Positions 38,762 to 52,509 of a stretch of DNA of 64,000 bases are shown here, piece after piece (the first letter of the stretch is position 1; every line of letters starts with the position of its first letter). The position numbers were made by a program, and so were the translations under genes. Below the pieces are notes generated by a model that worked only from the letters and a program-made list of their open reading frames with translations, was not told where the DNA came from and made no database searches. The stretch is from Takakia lepidozioides. Its lineage: Eukaryota; Plantae; Bryophyta. The stretch is taken from positions 41,664,001 to 41,728,000 of the forward strand of contig CM060733.1 of the NCBI GenBank assembly GCA_030704615.1. Direction: 5' to 3'.

Positions 38762-39725
38762 CACTAGTACAGAAACTGGTTTTTTTAACGGCTCTTCTCA
38801 CACATTTTGGTGTGAAAAAAGCGCAAGTTCACACCCCCCCTTGGTGGGTTAACCTAGTCCTTTGCACCACATGTGAACTTTCTTGGTCCTGTGAAAAAAA
38901 CCATCTCACACCAAACTTGCACCTGATGTGGCAGTAGGCTTAGGTGGCTCTTTTGACGGATATTTTGACGGTCGTTTTGACTGGTTAGTTCAACTACTAT
39001 TTTGACTAAGTAATCTTAATGGTCTTTCTACGGTACTTATTACACCTCGGCGCCACCATGTTTGCCACATGTATGTCAAAGGGAATGCCACGTAATAGAG
39101 TCCATCAGAATTATTAAATAAATAATAGATATTAAGGGCTCTTCTTACGGACTCTCTCACACAGATTTAACACCAGGTTCAAGTCGTGGTGTGATCGCAA
39201 TGACACTAGTGTGAATACTGTCACATCCACTGTTTTGTTCCTATTGGATGAAAAGTAAACAATTATTATTTGTTGACAAATGCCAAAATGAATAGTCATA
39301 TTATTATTATTATTATTCTTATAATAAATGGGATAGCACCCCAAAAGCCATTGGCTGCTTGATTTAATATGTAATATATTATTGTTTTAGAATTTTGATT
39401 TGTTTTGTTTCATTTAAACAAAAGCTTATTTAAAACATGGATAATAATTGTATTATGAACCACATTGACCAGTAGTAATGTTATTAATATTAAATATAGC
39501 AAACAACCAGCAAAATACCACATTCATGTCTACACAAGTTTAATTTGGCTTGATGTGGGAAAATGAAGTTGCCTTTGAACAAGGGGATCTTGTGATCATA
39601 CATGAGAATAGCAAGAGCATCAATTCAAAAAATATTGTTCATGTCAGAAGAGCAGTTTTGTTCACCTGTCTCAGCAACCTTCAATCCATAAAGAAAACTA
39701 AACTAAACTTGTAGCATCTTCAATA

Positions 39726-42700
39726 TCACGCGTGTTTAATAAACTTTTCAGACCATAAGGTGGCACTTCCCTGCGTGTCACCCAATGTGGTATGATTAGG
39801 GGTAACAGAGTAGTCCGGGTACGGCAACACAACCTCTGAAATCATGACCGATTTCACATGGATACGGTAATAGTTGTCTGGCACATTTGCTTTCGGAAAT
39901 CCAGCAATATATCCCACACCTGCCCTTCTTTTTGGTGCACAAGGATCAAACAATAACACCTTGTCGCCGATCTGAAACTGCAACAAAAACCAGATTCCTA
40001 TATCAGAAATGAACCCTGGAGAACAGAGACTGACAGCTTGGCACTCCTGCAAAATGCATCCTCGTTCTTCCAGCAAACACCCCAACCCTACCTATTGCAG
40101 TACTTCCAATTCTGAATTGCATTTGCCTGTCTCTATACTCCATGCTGACATGATCAAAGGTGGAACGGTGCCATACCTAGTTGATAGCAGGTTCTGCATG
40201 GTCAACATGGATGTGGTAGGACGATGTCACAAAACTACCTTTGTAGGTTGTCAATCCTGCAGCTACACAGCGATACATAGGGGGTGTATTGATCCAGCAT
40301 CAGACAAGGAAACAAAAGAGGACAAAGGAAGTACTTACACTGTGCGGATTTTGTTGGTCACCCCATGGTTCAGTTACATCCACTGTGGTTGTAGTCTGAT
40401 TGATAGCACATATTGTGCTTTCCCTGCCCATTGAACGCTTCACTGGTTTCACCATCTGCATATTGAATGACACATGATCAAAAAATGAGAATAGCACGAA
40501 TGACACACATTGTGAAGTAGCATTAACAATACAAATCCACCCACGCGCCCAAGCATTGAATCTTTTGCTCTCACCTTTCTTTGATTATGCTTTGTTGTTG
40601 CATCGGGAGGCAAAGTCGTTGGAACTCTGGCAGCAGGAAGCCCTGGTTCGGATGCCTTTGCAGATTGTTGTGATCCACTACCCATGGCTGCAGTATTGAA
40701 CAAGTAGTTGGGCTGCCCATATCTGTATGGGTGCCCTGACACATACTCAGGGATGTGTGCAGCCTTGGATACACCCTCTAACCAAGGCAGTAATTCTTTC
40801 ATAAGCCTCTTGCAGTTTGGCTGATCCCTCAACTTCCATGGATACGGGAAGATGCAATTATTTGCAGGGTTGGGTAAGCAAGTGAGTGGGGAATCGTCCA
40901 CCAGCAAAGTATTGGTTGGATTGTAATGGCTGTAGTCCTTCCAAAACTTACATAAGTTCTTGTACATGACAGTTTTAGAAGGATTGAGAGGGTCCACCAT
41001 TCCCACAGGTTGGTCACAATAGTCTTGGTGAAGCACCATCTTTGGTTGCTTCCCAGGAAACAATGCTTTCACAACTGGAAGGACATTACTCAATGACATG
41101 GAAGACCATACACCTACATCAAAAATCTGAAGGCATCGGTCCAGAAACTCCTGACACCCAGGTCTGGAGGTGACAGTGGGCTCTAGGTGTTCCCTTGTTC
41201 GTAGTCTGCTCTCACATAACAATCCATTCAAGTCAAGTATAAGGATGTGTTTCTGCCTCTCAGTTGCCGAAGGGCAATTACCAACAACTTGTACATGATT
41301 ATCATGTACAAAAGACACACCTTTCTGTGGGGCACTCTGCAAATTCATGGAGACCTCACAGGCATATTGAGAGGGTAGTACATATGCCGGAAGTGCTACT
41401 GGTGTAGGGGACAACAAAACGGATGAACACTTTGCAGTTGCCTCAACAATATGGGGGGATGGATTGAGTTCACCTTCAGACCAACCCTCCATGTCATCAT
41501 CCCCCTCCATTTCTGAAAGCCCAAACAATGAGCCTATTGTGTTTGGCTTTGGTGGCGGTGAAGAAACTGCCTTGAACAGGTTGAGTGGTGAGCCCATAAC
41601 ATGAGAAATAGTCTCATTTGTTGTGTGTGGCGCAAAGGTGGTGCATGGTGGACCTGTAGGTTCCGAATCTGGCACATTCATGCCAAGTTTAGCTGCGAGC
41701 GCAATGTTGAATGCAGCTGCTGCCTCCAGTTGGCCTTGGACTGCTTCCAAAGCTGCCTTGGAGCTGGCTTCCATCTGCACTTGTTTGTTTTCCATAGCAT
41801 CGAGGCGAGCTGCTAGTGAACCAATTCCCTGCCCCATCACATAGAACACCTCCAAAGTAACAATTCACTACACTGACTGATGAACTAGTAAGAAAACAGA
41901 ACCAAACGGCAACTAGCAATGGCATGGAAATCACGAATATGTAATTCACACCAGAATTGGTACTGAGTTTATATACCGTTGTGGCTGCACTGCCTGTACA
42001 CCCCGAGCCGTAGCCTTTGTCACTCCTGGCGCTACCGGCGATCTCCTGCAAACTTGGTGTACGTCCAGTCTCCTTCTCCTGTGATTGCAACAAACTTGCA
42101 AGTGTTAATGACTAGCATAGCACACTGCCAACAGTAAAGAATTATCTAGGATAGCGTCAATGACTCCCCCTCAATAAGAGTGCTTAGTTTCTTGCTGGCG
42201 CCCAACTCTGAGAAGGCCCCCAAGTAGTAGCAATGTGTACTAATTCAATGGTGATAGGAATAGACTCTGAGCTCCAGCCAAAAAAACCCAACACATAAAG
42301 TTTGTCAATGCAAAACAATGTGGGAACTTCCTATGTTGTAAGAGAAGTATACCAGTCGTGCTACAACACCGCTGATTCCACTGCGACCTGATCGAGATGT
42401 ATTCTTCACACATCCCCGCGCCTTGACACCATTTGCCTGAAATTTCTTGAAATCAGTGGAACCCCAACTAACAACTAGTTGTGCCCATGTCTTGTCTGGC
42501 ACATGATGGGGTTTGGGCAGCCCCACACTATAGTAATTTTTGAACAGCTTATTTCGTTGGTACTTGAGCTGCCCGCAAATTGTTTTTGTAATAGCCTTTA
42601 TGTTAAGACCAGGAGGTCCGTATTCCCAATCTGAAGCCAGGATCTCCATGATCTTTTCAATTAAGTGTAATGGTTGATCCTGAGCATACAATGACCAGTC

Positions 42701-45453
42701 CAACAAACGTTGACACTGCCCTCGCAGAGCTGTCATCCACTGGTTCCGAGCAGGACCTTCAGGGTTTCCAAGTTCATCACAAGAAATGAAAAATTTCCTC
42801 CTCCCTACAGCCACATTCTGAGCAGCCTGGTCTCTCAGATCTTTTGCAAGTGCCCTTCTTTCCCTCCTTAAAGCATTTTTGCGTTCTATAGGAGTCACAC
42901 CTGATGTCCCCCCAGGACTAAGGCTGGAATCCTGCAAGGTTTCAGCAGTACCATGCATGTTACCACCTTCACTCTGTTGGGGCTGGACTGCTGTCTCCCA
43001 CCCCACAGGATGATGCGGAGCAAATGCATCCTCGGTCTGTTTCAGAATGCCTTTCCCTTTCAGGGTATTAGGTGTACCTGGAGATGTTGGATAAAGAGGT
43101 GGCCGCGGTGCAGTGAAGCTCGAAGGTGCCGGCAGTTGTACTCCACTGTAGTTGGATCCTGAAGGTTGGTGGCCACCATACTGGACCTGCCCCTGGTGTG
43201 GTCTTGCAGGGCTGGTAGGATAGAGGGAGGAAGTAGGTTGGTTGTACATAGGCCGAGGAGGATACATACTATGGGGATGCATTCCATAATGGTGGTAAAT
43301 GGAATACCCACCTTGACTAGGATCATGCATTGGAGCGCCTGCAGGTGGAGCAAAAGAATTGTAATTCTGGCACTGAGAATCATTGTTTGGAGGTTGATAG
43401 TGAGGATACGGCATGTGCCCATGCAGATTATACCCTGACATGGCAGGATACTGTGGGTACATAAGCGGATACGAGGGAGGAGCCGATACTGGTGGATACA
43501 AGGGAGCTGGAACGTCAGTCTGTGGAGTGGGCGGGGCTGGTTTTTCGTAAGGGGGAACAACCGCGCCACTCATCACAGCAGTTGGCGCAATAGTTGGTGC
43601 ACACTTTGCTGGAGTAAGAGACTTATGCTCGTTCGCATCCTTCCCTGCAATTCCCTTCCTTTTTTTGACTGAACTCTGCACACATTGCTCAACAGAAACA
43701 TGTGAAACAATACGACCATACTACTAGGGATGGCAAACCACGTGGGTAAGCCAAGCCCAAAGGCCTATGCAAGAAGACCCTGTCAGTCAGACCTATGGTA
43801 CAGTCAGCTGAATCGCATGCCTCATACCAGCGACCCTATGATAAATACCTGAATATTAGGAAGGAAGAACTCACCCTGCTAGATGAATCTGACGTGGAGG
43901 CTGAAGTGTCTAAGGCCATGTCAAAAGCATGAAGAATGTCCGAACAAAACAATGTTAGGCATAAACTTCCCTGAACTCGTTTCCAGTTTGTGACATGGGT
44001 GAGGACTTTGAGGATGATCTGAAGGGCAGACCTACCCTTGGCACTAGACTGAAAATTTAACCTCCGGATGGGGAGTCTACCTTTGAACAATAAACAGATG
44101 CAGAGAGGAAAGGGAGATTGTCGATGCTCACTGGTGTGGGTGGCCTGAAGACAATGTCCATTTTGTGATACAAGTCTGGGGTATTCTCATCAGAGAGCGA
44201 CCCTCTTCAGGACCATCAAGAACATAGTCCCTGCACCTCTGTTCACCAACTATCAATATCTCAAGGCTGAGTCTAAAGCGGTGGGCCCTGTTGGGGTCTC
44301 ATTGCTTGGTAGCCCACATACAACAAAACTGATGAACGTGTGAAGGGCTTTCTAAAAGGAATCTGGAAAGCCTGAACTAATGTTTATAACACGGTAAGTC
44401 CTACTAATGGAGTGAGCCCCTCATTCTAATGGCAGACAGTTAATTAACTGTCTAGAAGATCTTCAGCTTTTCACCTTGAATATCAGGACAAGAGGTGACC
44501 AAGTGCAGTGGACTCGTGAGAAATCCCAAACTGGGGAACGCTCCATTGTGGATTATATCATAATGGACAAAAATTTGTTCCCCAAGTGTGCGAATGTGTT
44601 GATCGACAGAACTGATATTGCTACCTCTGACCAGTTCCTGGTTTGGAATGAGATCAAAAGGTGTTTTCCCAACACCAAGAGATATGTGAAACATTCGATT
44701 CGGAAGTGGCGCATAGAAAAACTTCATAATGAGGAGGTCAAGGTTGAGTATGTCCAGGCCTTGCAAGAGGCTCTCCCTCTCGATGCAATCGCTCCAAGAA
44801 CTTCAGTCTCGCTCTGATAACGCAAGAAATGAAGTCGAAAGAGCAGGGGACTCTTGGGAGAGTTTCGTTTCCTCCGTGGTTGACAAGATCATTGGGATGA
44901 AACTAATTGTCTGTGCTAGAGCTGTTAATTGGTGGACCAATGAGATTAAACTCAAGATAGCTGAGAGACGAGCCCTCTATAAAGAGTGCTGCAATTTGGA
45001 AACCAACAGAGAATTGTGGGCGAGGTACTACCAGCTCCGTAAAGATATCAATCAGCTTGTTAGGTCTCAGAACCCTAAATTATACTGGGACAAGTTATAT
45101 AGTGTTTGAAACTCGGAACTTTGGTGCAGATCGCAAACCTGCTGATGGGTTGGGGAGTTTGCAGGGTGCTTTGCGCGCTTTCTCTTTGTTGGGGCTTCTT
45201 TCATCGTTTCCATCTCTGACTCCGAGCTGGTCTCATTCAAGTCTTCATGTGCGGCATAATCTTGGTCTCGCTGCAATTCTTGCTCTCGTGCCTCCTCTGT
45301 GTCTGACTCCGCTACCACCTGCGCTTCCTCCTCTTGCTCTACCTCTTTCTCCCGTTGTGACATTGCAGAGTGCAGGAGTTGAACTCTGTGACTTCGGCGA
45401 GGAGGACCTGTGTGTTTGAGGATTTCCTCAACGAGGCGTTTAGGGCGACTCAA
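39726..45453 (-). CDS. Multi-exon CACTA accessory (TnpA-like) gene with an embedded FCP1/NIF HAD-phosphatase-like domain; exon structure approximate
   Basis: Pro-rich region plus WAQLVVSW...SRSGRSGISG (42305-43681). LILDLNGLL, RPGCQEFL, FDVGVWSS, NTLLVDDSP (~40740-41255). C-terminal En/Spm-type domain YYRIHV..V...LPYP...TLGD..G...LW (39726-39980). Joining these pieces into one gene is inferred. Confidence 0.6.
44470..45085 (+). mobile_element. LINE ORF2 remnant (end of APE endonuclease plus linker) in an intron of the accessory gene
   Basis: RSIVDYIIM...DIATSDQFLVW (SxIDY/SDH motifs) and WWTNEIK..IAERR, frameshifted. Confidence 0.7.
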
Positions 45454-45762
45454 TCTCGCTTCGACGCTGCAAAGAAGAAGAAGAAAGACAATGTCAGCAG
45501 CAGCAAAACCCTAACATATCCTCTCTGCAGGTTTGGAGCTTTTAATGCGGTTTCATGGCTAGGGCTAGGTAGGGCATATGAAAAAACGCAAGTTCGGACC
45601 TCTTTGCAATGTCGTAGATCTTCAGTCGTGCGAAGAATGCCTTGTTCTCCGCTTGACGCTTTGCTCGTTCTACCTCCCTCGCTGTAGGCTTGCGCCCTGG
45701 TGTAACTTCTGGACACTCTATGTCTGTCTCCATTTCCTGACGAGTCTCACTCAGTCGCCAAG

Positions 45763-48700
45763 ATGATCCCTCCTACTGCCCATCGATTGCAAAGGCGGAC
45801 ACAAGCAGAACATGACGATGACAGATTGTGGAAACTAGAGGAAGCGCGAGCAAGAAGACTGGGTCTTCGGAAAATTCTATGTCCATGCAATGCCTGTCAT
45901 GGTGGGAACTGGCAAACCATTGGCCGGGCTAAGCGTCATCTGCTTTTGAACTTGCGAGATCCTAACTTGCGAGAACTCCCGGTGCATATCTGTGGATTCT
46001 CTTCCCTTAACCCTGATGCATACTTTGAAATTATAAGAAACAGTTCAAATTCCTGGTATTGTTGTAAGGTGTAGAGTATTGTACATGCCCGTTTTCCTAT
46101 TGCCACGTGCCTGTATTATGGCACGTTCCACATCCACCATTTCCAACCCTAAACTCCCCATCTTATTGTGGATTGACATGTGGACTGATATGCTTATAAG
46201 CAGGAAAACTCTGGAGACGAACATGAGGGGTTTAGAACGGAAACCAGCCCTGCAGGTGGTCCTGATACCTTGGATCGTAATCTTGACATGCTTAGAATGC
46301 TCCGGGAGACATTCGCAACTACAGATAATGGGGTGCAAACTGGTGATGCACATGAGGAACCGGGAGATGGAACACAGGGCCAATGGGACACAGATGGAGT
46401 GCCAGAGCAGACTGATGGTGGACTGAAGAGCGATGGTGATCGTGGTGCAGCGAGTGCCTTACGTTTTGAGCAGGAGGCATCCAGGGCTTTGTATGTAGGG
46501 AGTTCTTCCTCTCGATTGTCTGCTACCTTACTGCTGTTAAATGCTTGTCAAACCCATGGTGTGTCAAACACCTTTGTCGATGAACTCCTTACATTGTTAG
46601 GAAGACAACTGTTGCCAGCAGACAATTGCCTGCCAAAGTCCCACTATGAGGCAAAACAACTCATAATGGAACTCGGGCTTCATTACAAGAGTATACATGC
46701 ATGTCCGAAAGGTTGTGTGTTGTTCAGAAGGGAGCTTCAAAATTTGGAGGTTTGTCCAAAATGTCAGGCATGTCGTTATGTGGTGGGTACGAAGACACCA
46801 GTACCTCGTAAGGTCCTTCGACATTTCCCTATCATTCCAAGGCTGCTTCGAATGTATAAAGCCAAATCCATCTCAGAGTTATTGTCATGGCACTTTAAGA
46901 ATCGAAGTTTGGATGGCTTGGTTAGGCGCCCAGCAGACAGCAAGGCTTGGGCCCACATTGACCAAAAATGGCCTGAGTTTGCAGCGGACCCCAGAAATCT
47001 GCGATTGGGTCTCGCATGGGATGGTGTCAATCCTTACAGTGATAAATCAAACAAATGGTCAACTTGGCCTGTCATGTTGATAAACTATAATCTTCCACCA
47101 TGGCTGTGTACTAAGCCATTTTTCACGATGTTGGCTTTATTGATTCCTGGACCACAATCTGTGGGAAATGACAATGCAGATGTTTATCTGCAGCCCCTTG
47201 TGGATGAGCTGAAATTGTTGTGGGAAGTTGGTGTGGAGGCATTGGATGGAAGTAGCCTAGTGGGGCAACAGTCATTTGCATGAGGGCCATCTTGATGTGG
47301 TCAATCCACGACTTTCCAGCTTATGGGTTGCTAGCAGGATGCGCACACGGGGGATACAAGGCCTGCCCAGCTTGCGGCCCTAATGTTGATTCCAGGTACT
47401 CCAAGGCATGCAAAAAAGTTTTGTATCTTGGTCATAGGAGATACTGCTATTCATCCCTATAGGAATAACTCGTCCCACTTTAATGGACATGTGGAACATA
47501 AAGCAGCTCCTATGGTGATCACTGCAAGTGAGCAATTTGACCGGGCTACAACCAGAGAGTTGTATCTCACAATGGGAGGGGCTGAGGGGGGAAAACTGGA
47601 CCCTTCAAAGGAACATGGCATGAAACGGGTCACTGTTTTGAAGCAATTGCCATACTGGAAAGACTTACTCATCCGATACACACTGGATGTGATGCATTGT
47701 GAAAAAAATTTGTGTGAGAATGTGCTGAGAACCATTCTTGGGGAGAAGGACACAGCCACATCTAGGAAGGATATGGAACTCAATGTCATTCGTGAACACT
47801 TGTGGTTGAGACCCCATCCCTCTCACCCGAACAAGTTGGTCAAGCCTTTGGCCCCATATGTTCTTACTGAAGATGAGAAGGTGCTGTTTTTGGAAACATT
47901 GGCTGCAGTAAAGGCCCCCACAGGTTATGCTGCCACATTCCAGAAACATGTGGCTGACAATAAACTGTCTACAATGAAAACCCATGACTACCATGTAATG
48001 ATGCAGCAGATTTTACCTCTTTGCATTCGAGGGGTATTGGGAAAGGGTCCACGGATGGCAATTATGAGGCTTTCTCGAGTCTTCCAAAAAGTGTGTGCAA
48101 AGATCATTAATCCAGCTGAGGTACCGGCCTTAAAAGAAGATGTTGCAATCACTATGTGTCTGCTGGAGAAAGAATTCCCTCCGTCATTTTTTGATATCAT
48201 GACTCACTTGCTTGTACACCTTGTGGACGAATTGGAGGTGTGTGGTCCCGTGTCTAGCCGTTGGATGTATCCTATGGAACGGTATATGAAGACATTAAAA
48301 GGCTATGTAAGGAATATGAGCCGACCTGAAGGGAGCATGGCGGAAGGGTATGCTTTGGATGAGGCCCTAGGGTTTCTAACTGAGTATATGGCTGAATTTC
48401 ATGCTACAAGCCGAAGGGTGTGGGACTCCAATGAAGAAGACTCAGTTAGTGGGGAGGTGGTTGAAGGATTGGGAACTGTACGAGTCCTCACCATTCAAGA
48501 ACGAGACAGTGCACACAAGTATATTTTGCACAACACAGATTGCATGAAACCATTCCTTGAGTAAGTATGTTGCTTATCATATCCTGTGTGTTTCATTTCT
48601 GCCAATGGTATAAGCTGTAATCCTAATTTGCAATTCTCATTTGGATAGGGCCTATGAAGAGGAGATGGCACTCATAGAAGCATCCCGCACTGAGTTCAGA

Positions 48701-49561
48701 ACAGCATACCTTTGTGGACAAGACCAAGACCACCACAATGGAGAAATTCCATACCCAACAGATATGCGCTTACTGGCTCCATTCCATGAATGGATTGAAG
48801 GTGCTGTCCAACGCAAGGTGAGTTCAGGTGAGTTCTATGATTTGGACATATGCCATTTATGTATACCACCAGCAGTACAGTCATTGGGCTTCAAGTCCAT
48901 GTATGCTTACGGCAATCACTTTCGAGCAATAAGTGATGGGACTGGCGCCAGAGACAGGGTGACATTTGATTCTGGAGTTGCTCAAGTATTCCATCAGGAA
49001 AGCGAAAACAGAGCAGGTATGTCCAGACGAGTGTTATCCCAATTGGAATATGTGGGTGTTGTAAGAGAAATAATTCAACTGGATTACGGAATTCTTCACC
49101 CAATTCTGTTCTTGTGTACATGGGTGAGGTCACACATGGTGGGCCGGAATGCCACCATGAAACGAGATGATTATGGCTTTCTCTTGGTTGACTTCAGTCG
49201 CATGTTGCCTGGGATGGAGCAGCCCTGGACATTCCCTAGTCAGGTGGAGCAAGTTTTTTTCTCGGATGAAAAAAGTTCACGAGGGAACTGGAAGGTGGTC
49301 CTTCACAAGGACCCTCGATCCCGACGAGTGGTTCACGATATTACAGAAGTGGCACTGGGTGAGGGAGACATTTATGTAGGCATGGTGCCTCCTGAAATTC
49401 CTCATAACATCATGACTGAGCTTGTTGTTTGTGTTCCTTTGAGTGAGGCAGATGAATTGGCCATTGCCAACTTGAATGCACCTGCAAGGCAGAGGCGAAA
49501 TGGTAGAAGGCGGAGGCAAGCTCCACATGGGAGGTACCAAGCCAGTTGTGCTATGGTGTAG
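45763..49561 (+). pseudogene. CACTA transposase (TnpD/Tnp2-like) with frameshifts at ~47280 and ~47450; introns ~45983-46203 and ~48561-48648
   Basis: CPCNAC, IHACPKGC, RNLRLGLAWDGVNP, STWPV..YNLPPW, DVYLQPLVDEL, HDFPAYG, LDVMHCEKN, PPSFFDIMTHL, RWMYPMERYM, YVRNMSRPEGSMAEGY, SQVEQVFF. Confidence 0.93.
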
Positions 49562-51160
49562 AGTTGGTTTCTGCTATTGCATGTACTTTTCCAGGGTTTA
49601 GACTTGATACAGCATGGTACCTTCCATGGGTGGGAGTGACTGAGCTGTTGGGGTGGGCAGAATTCTGACAAACACACTTTCATTTGTGACAGTGAACCCT
49701 AAACAGTCATGAAGCTGTGGCATGAATACTTTTCTGACCCTAATCAATGGTGGCCCAATTGTGGGAAAAAGGTGAATGCATGTTGGATTATAGAGAGTAG
49801 CAGATGCAATTGAGCATAGGAACTAGTGTGAGAAGTTGAGTTGGGTGTTTCCTTGAACAAATGTAGGCTGTTATTGTCAGTTGCTACCAGCAAGCAAAGA
49901 TGTATGCATGATTTGTGAGAGGCATGGATAGCTGAAGGAGCAGGGATAGAGTGTGGGTCCAGATTCATCCAAGAGGGCCACATTTCAAGCACAACATTGC
50001 CTATGATTCCTTGTGGAAGGATTGGTACAAGAAACCTGCATGGGTAGATGGTCAACTGGAAGCCGCAGCAGCAGCGGCACAATTGGTAAAATCAGGCGAT
50101 GAGGGCACCTTCTTCAACACATTTCAGCCTGTTTTTCCCCCTTATCACAATCGGCCCTAAATTTCCATGTTGAATTATGCAAGTTAGCTGGTTGACTGAA
50201 TCTTTGATAGATTGGAGTGACTTTGACATGATACTGCCAATGTGACAACAGGAAAGTATCCAGAAACAGGTACAAGAGATGAGGAGAAGGTGTGGAATGA
50301 ATACTTTTCTGATTTGGTCAAGTTTAGGGAGTGTTCAACACCATGGCTGAACAAGATGTGGTGTGTGGAGCGCGATGCTTGCAGGATGTGCACAGCAGTG
50401 AATGGGATGGAGCCTTTGAATTGCTGAATTGGCCATTGCCAACTTGAATGCACTTACAAGGCAAAGGCGAAATGGTAGAAGGCGGAGGCAAGCTCCACAT
50501 GGGAGGTACCAAGCCAGTTGTGCTATGGTGTAGAGTTGGTTTCTGCTATTGCATGTACTTTTCCAGGGTATACTTGATACAGCATGGTACCTTACATGGG
50601 TGGGAGTGACTGAGCTGTTGGGGTGGGCAGAATTCTGACAAACACACTTTCATTTGTGACATTGAACCCTAAACAGTCATGAAGCTGTGGCATGAATACT
50701 TTTCTGACCCTAATCAATGGTGGCCCAATTGTGGCAAAAAGGTGAATGTCTGTTGGATTACAGAGAGTAGCAGATGCAATTGAGCATATGAACTAGTGTG
50801 AGAAGTTGAGTTGGGTGTTTCCTAGAACAAATGTAGGCTGTTATTGTCAGCTGCTACCAGCAAGGCAAGGATGTATGCATGATTTGTGCAGAGGCATGGA
50901 TAGCTGAAGGAGCAGGGATAGAGTGTGGGTCCAGATTCATCGGTGAGGGCCACATTTCAAGCACAACATTGCCTATGATTCCTTGTGGGAGAATAGCTAC
51001 AAGAAACCTGCATGGGTAGATGGTCAACTGGAAGCCGCAGCAGCAGCGACACAATTGGTAAAATCAGGCAATGAGGGCACCTTCTTCAACACATTTCACC
51101 TTGTTTCTCCCTCTTATTAGAATCGGCCCTAAATTTCCATGTTGAATTCTGCAAGTTAGC
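49454..51160 (+). repeat. Direct duplication of ~735 bp (49454-50188 and 50426-51160), each copy holding the transposase tail and an OSB-type PDF cassette
   Basis: Closely similar copies beginning gaattggccattgccaacttgaatgcac. Spliced peptide LWHEYFSDPNQWWPNCGKK|IHPRGPHFKHNIAYDSLWKDWYKKPAWVDGQL. Confidence 0.85.
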
Positions 51161-51174
51161 TCGTGGTGGACACA

Positions 51175-51520
51175 TGTATAGCAAATGTGGGAGCACTGAG
51201 GATGCGTGTTCAACACTATGGCTGAACGAGATTGTGCGTTTGCAGTGCGTGTGCAAGTCTGGCAGCTTTGGATGCATCACCAAAGTTGGAATTGTAACAG
51301 ATGCGATCCAAATGTGGGGAGCATCAAGGGTATGCCAAATGCCTCATATGCCAAATGTGGGAGCATCAAGGGCAAACCTGGCAGCTCTGGAAAAATGGAA
51401 GAGGTCCATGGCTTCATTGTCAAAGCTGGAATTCTACCTGATGTGATTCTGAACAATGCCCTCGTGGACATGTATGCCAAATGTGGGAGCATCAAGGATG
51501 CGAAGGCAGTTTTCCAACAC
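51175..51520 (+). pseudogene. PLS-class PPR fragments
   Basis: MYSKCGSTEDA, YAKCGSIK, VHGFIVKAGILPDVILNNALVDMYAKCGSIKDAKAVF. Confidence 0.85.
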
Positions 51521-52509
51521 TATGGCTTTTGGAGGCCCTCAGTAGACGAGTTGAAAAGCACTAGTTAAAAAGCACTGGCGCTTGATAGGGTGGGGCAAAA
51601 TTCAGGCTGGGGTGATCATTGATATCTCGGATGCAATGTAAAAAAGACGGTTGTGAGTGAAGGACACCCGTAGCAAAAAAACCCTGTTGTCTCAAAAAAA
51701 GAGGCAGTCACAAAGAGCAAGGCACTTTGTCCAAGCTTCTCGAATCTAGCAACAATGTGGACAGGGATTGAGTCATTGGGAACAATTTATGTAAGGTGGC
51801 GAAGAAAACCTTGTCTGAGGATCACTGGATATTTCTCTAGTACGGTTGGACTAGTAGAGATTGAAATCCGTGCTCAGCTCAGCTTCAAACTGTCTCATTG
51901 TGAAGGGTCACGGTTGACTGGACAGAAATGGGATTGACATTGTCGGGCTCCCAAATCTCTGAGACGACATGTGGTAGTTTTATCTATAGCTTCTCAAAGC
52001 AATTGTTTTACATTGTTCATTATAGTGTGACATTCTCATAACGATATTGTCGTCAGCTGCATGAGCAGTGCATCTTTTTGGATTGTTGGTCCCCATAACC
52101 CTAATAACCTTTTTGAACTTTTTAAATTCTCTAAACAAAAGTCTATGTGTTATGTCGTCCAGGGCATGTTGAATAGAGGTGGAAGTCATTTTATCCATCC
52201 ATCTTCCACCTGGATGGTCAATGTGCCACGCCATATAGTTGCCCCAAATTCCTATAGGACATCTGACACTCACCTCACACTCCATGACTCATTTGACACT
52301 CATGTCAAATGCCCCATATGAATTATCTTGGTCAACATCTGTTGACCGTATGGGTGTCATTCGAGTGTGAAATTTGTAACACCATGTGGCTTTTCCTACA
52401 ATGATCCAAATCACACCTTGCCTCGTCTCACATGGGTGTAAGAAGAGCCGTTCAAAGTGCCAGGTGTGAACTATGGGTGGTGTTGGAAAACCCGGTTTCT
52501 GTAGTAGTG

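Larger units (their letters stand above)
38762..52509 (+). mobile_element. Full-length CACTA (En/Spm) DNA transposon, CACTA-2, ~13.7 kb
   Basis: Left TIR CACTAGTACAGAAACTGGTTTT; right TIR AAAACCCGGTTTCTGTAGTAGTG. 3-bp TSD ATT at 38759-38761 and 52510-52512. Inverted subterminal motif aacggctcttct.acac. Contains a TnpD-like transposase. Confidence 0.95.
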
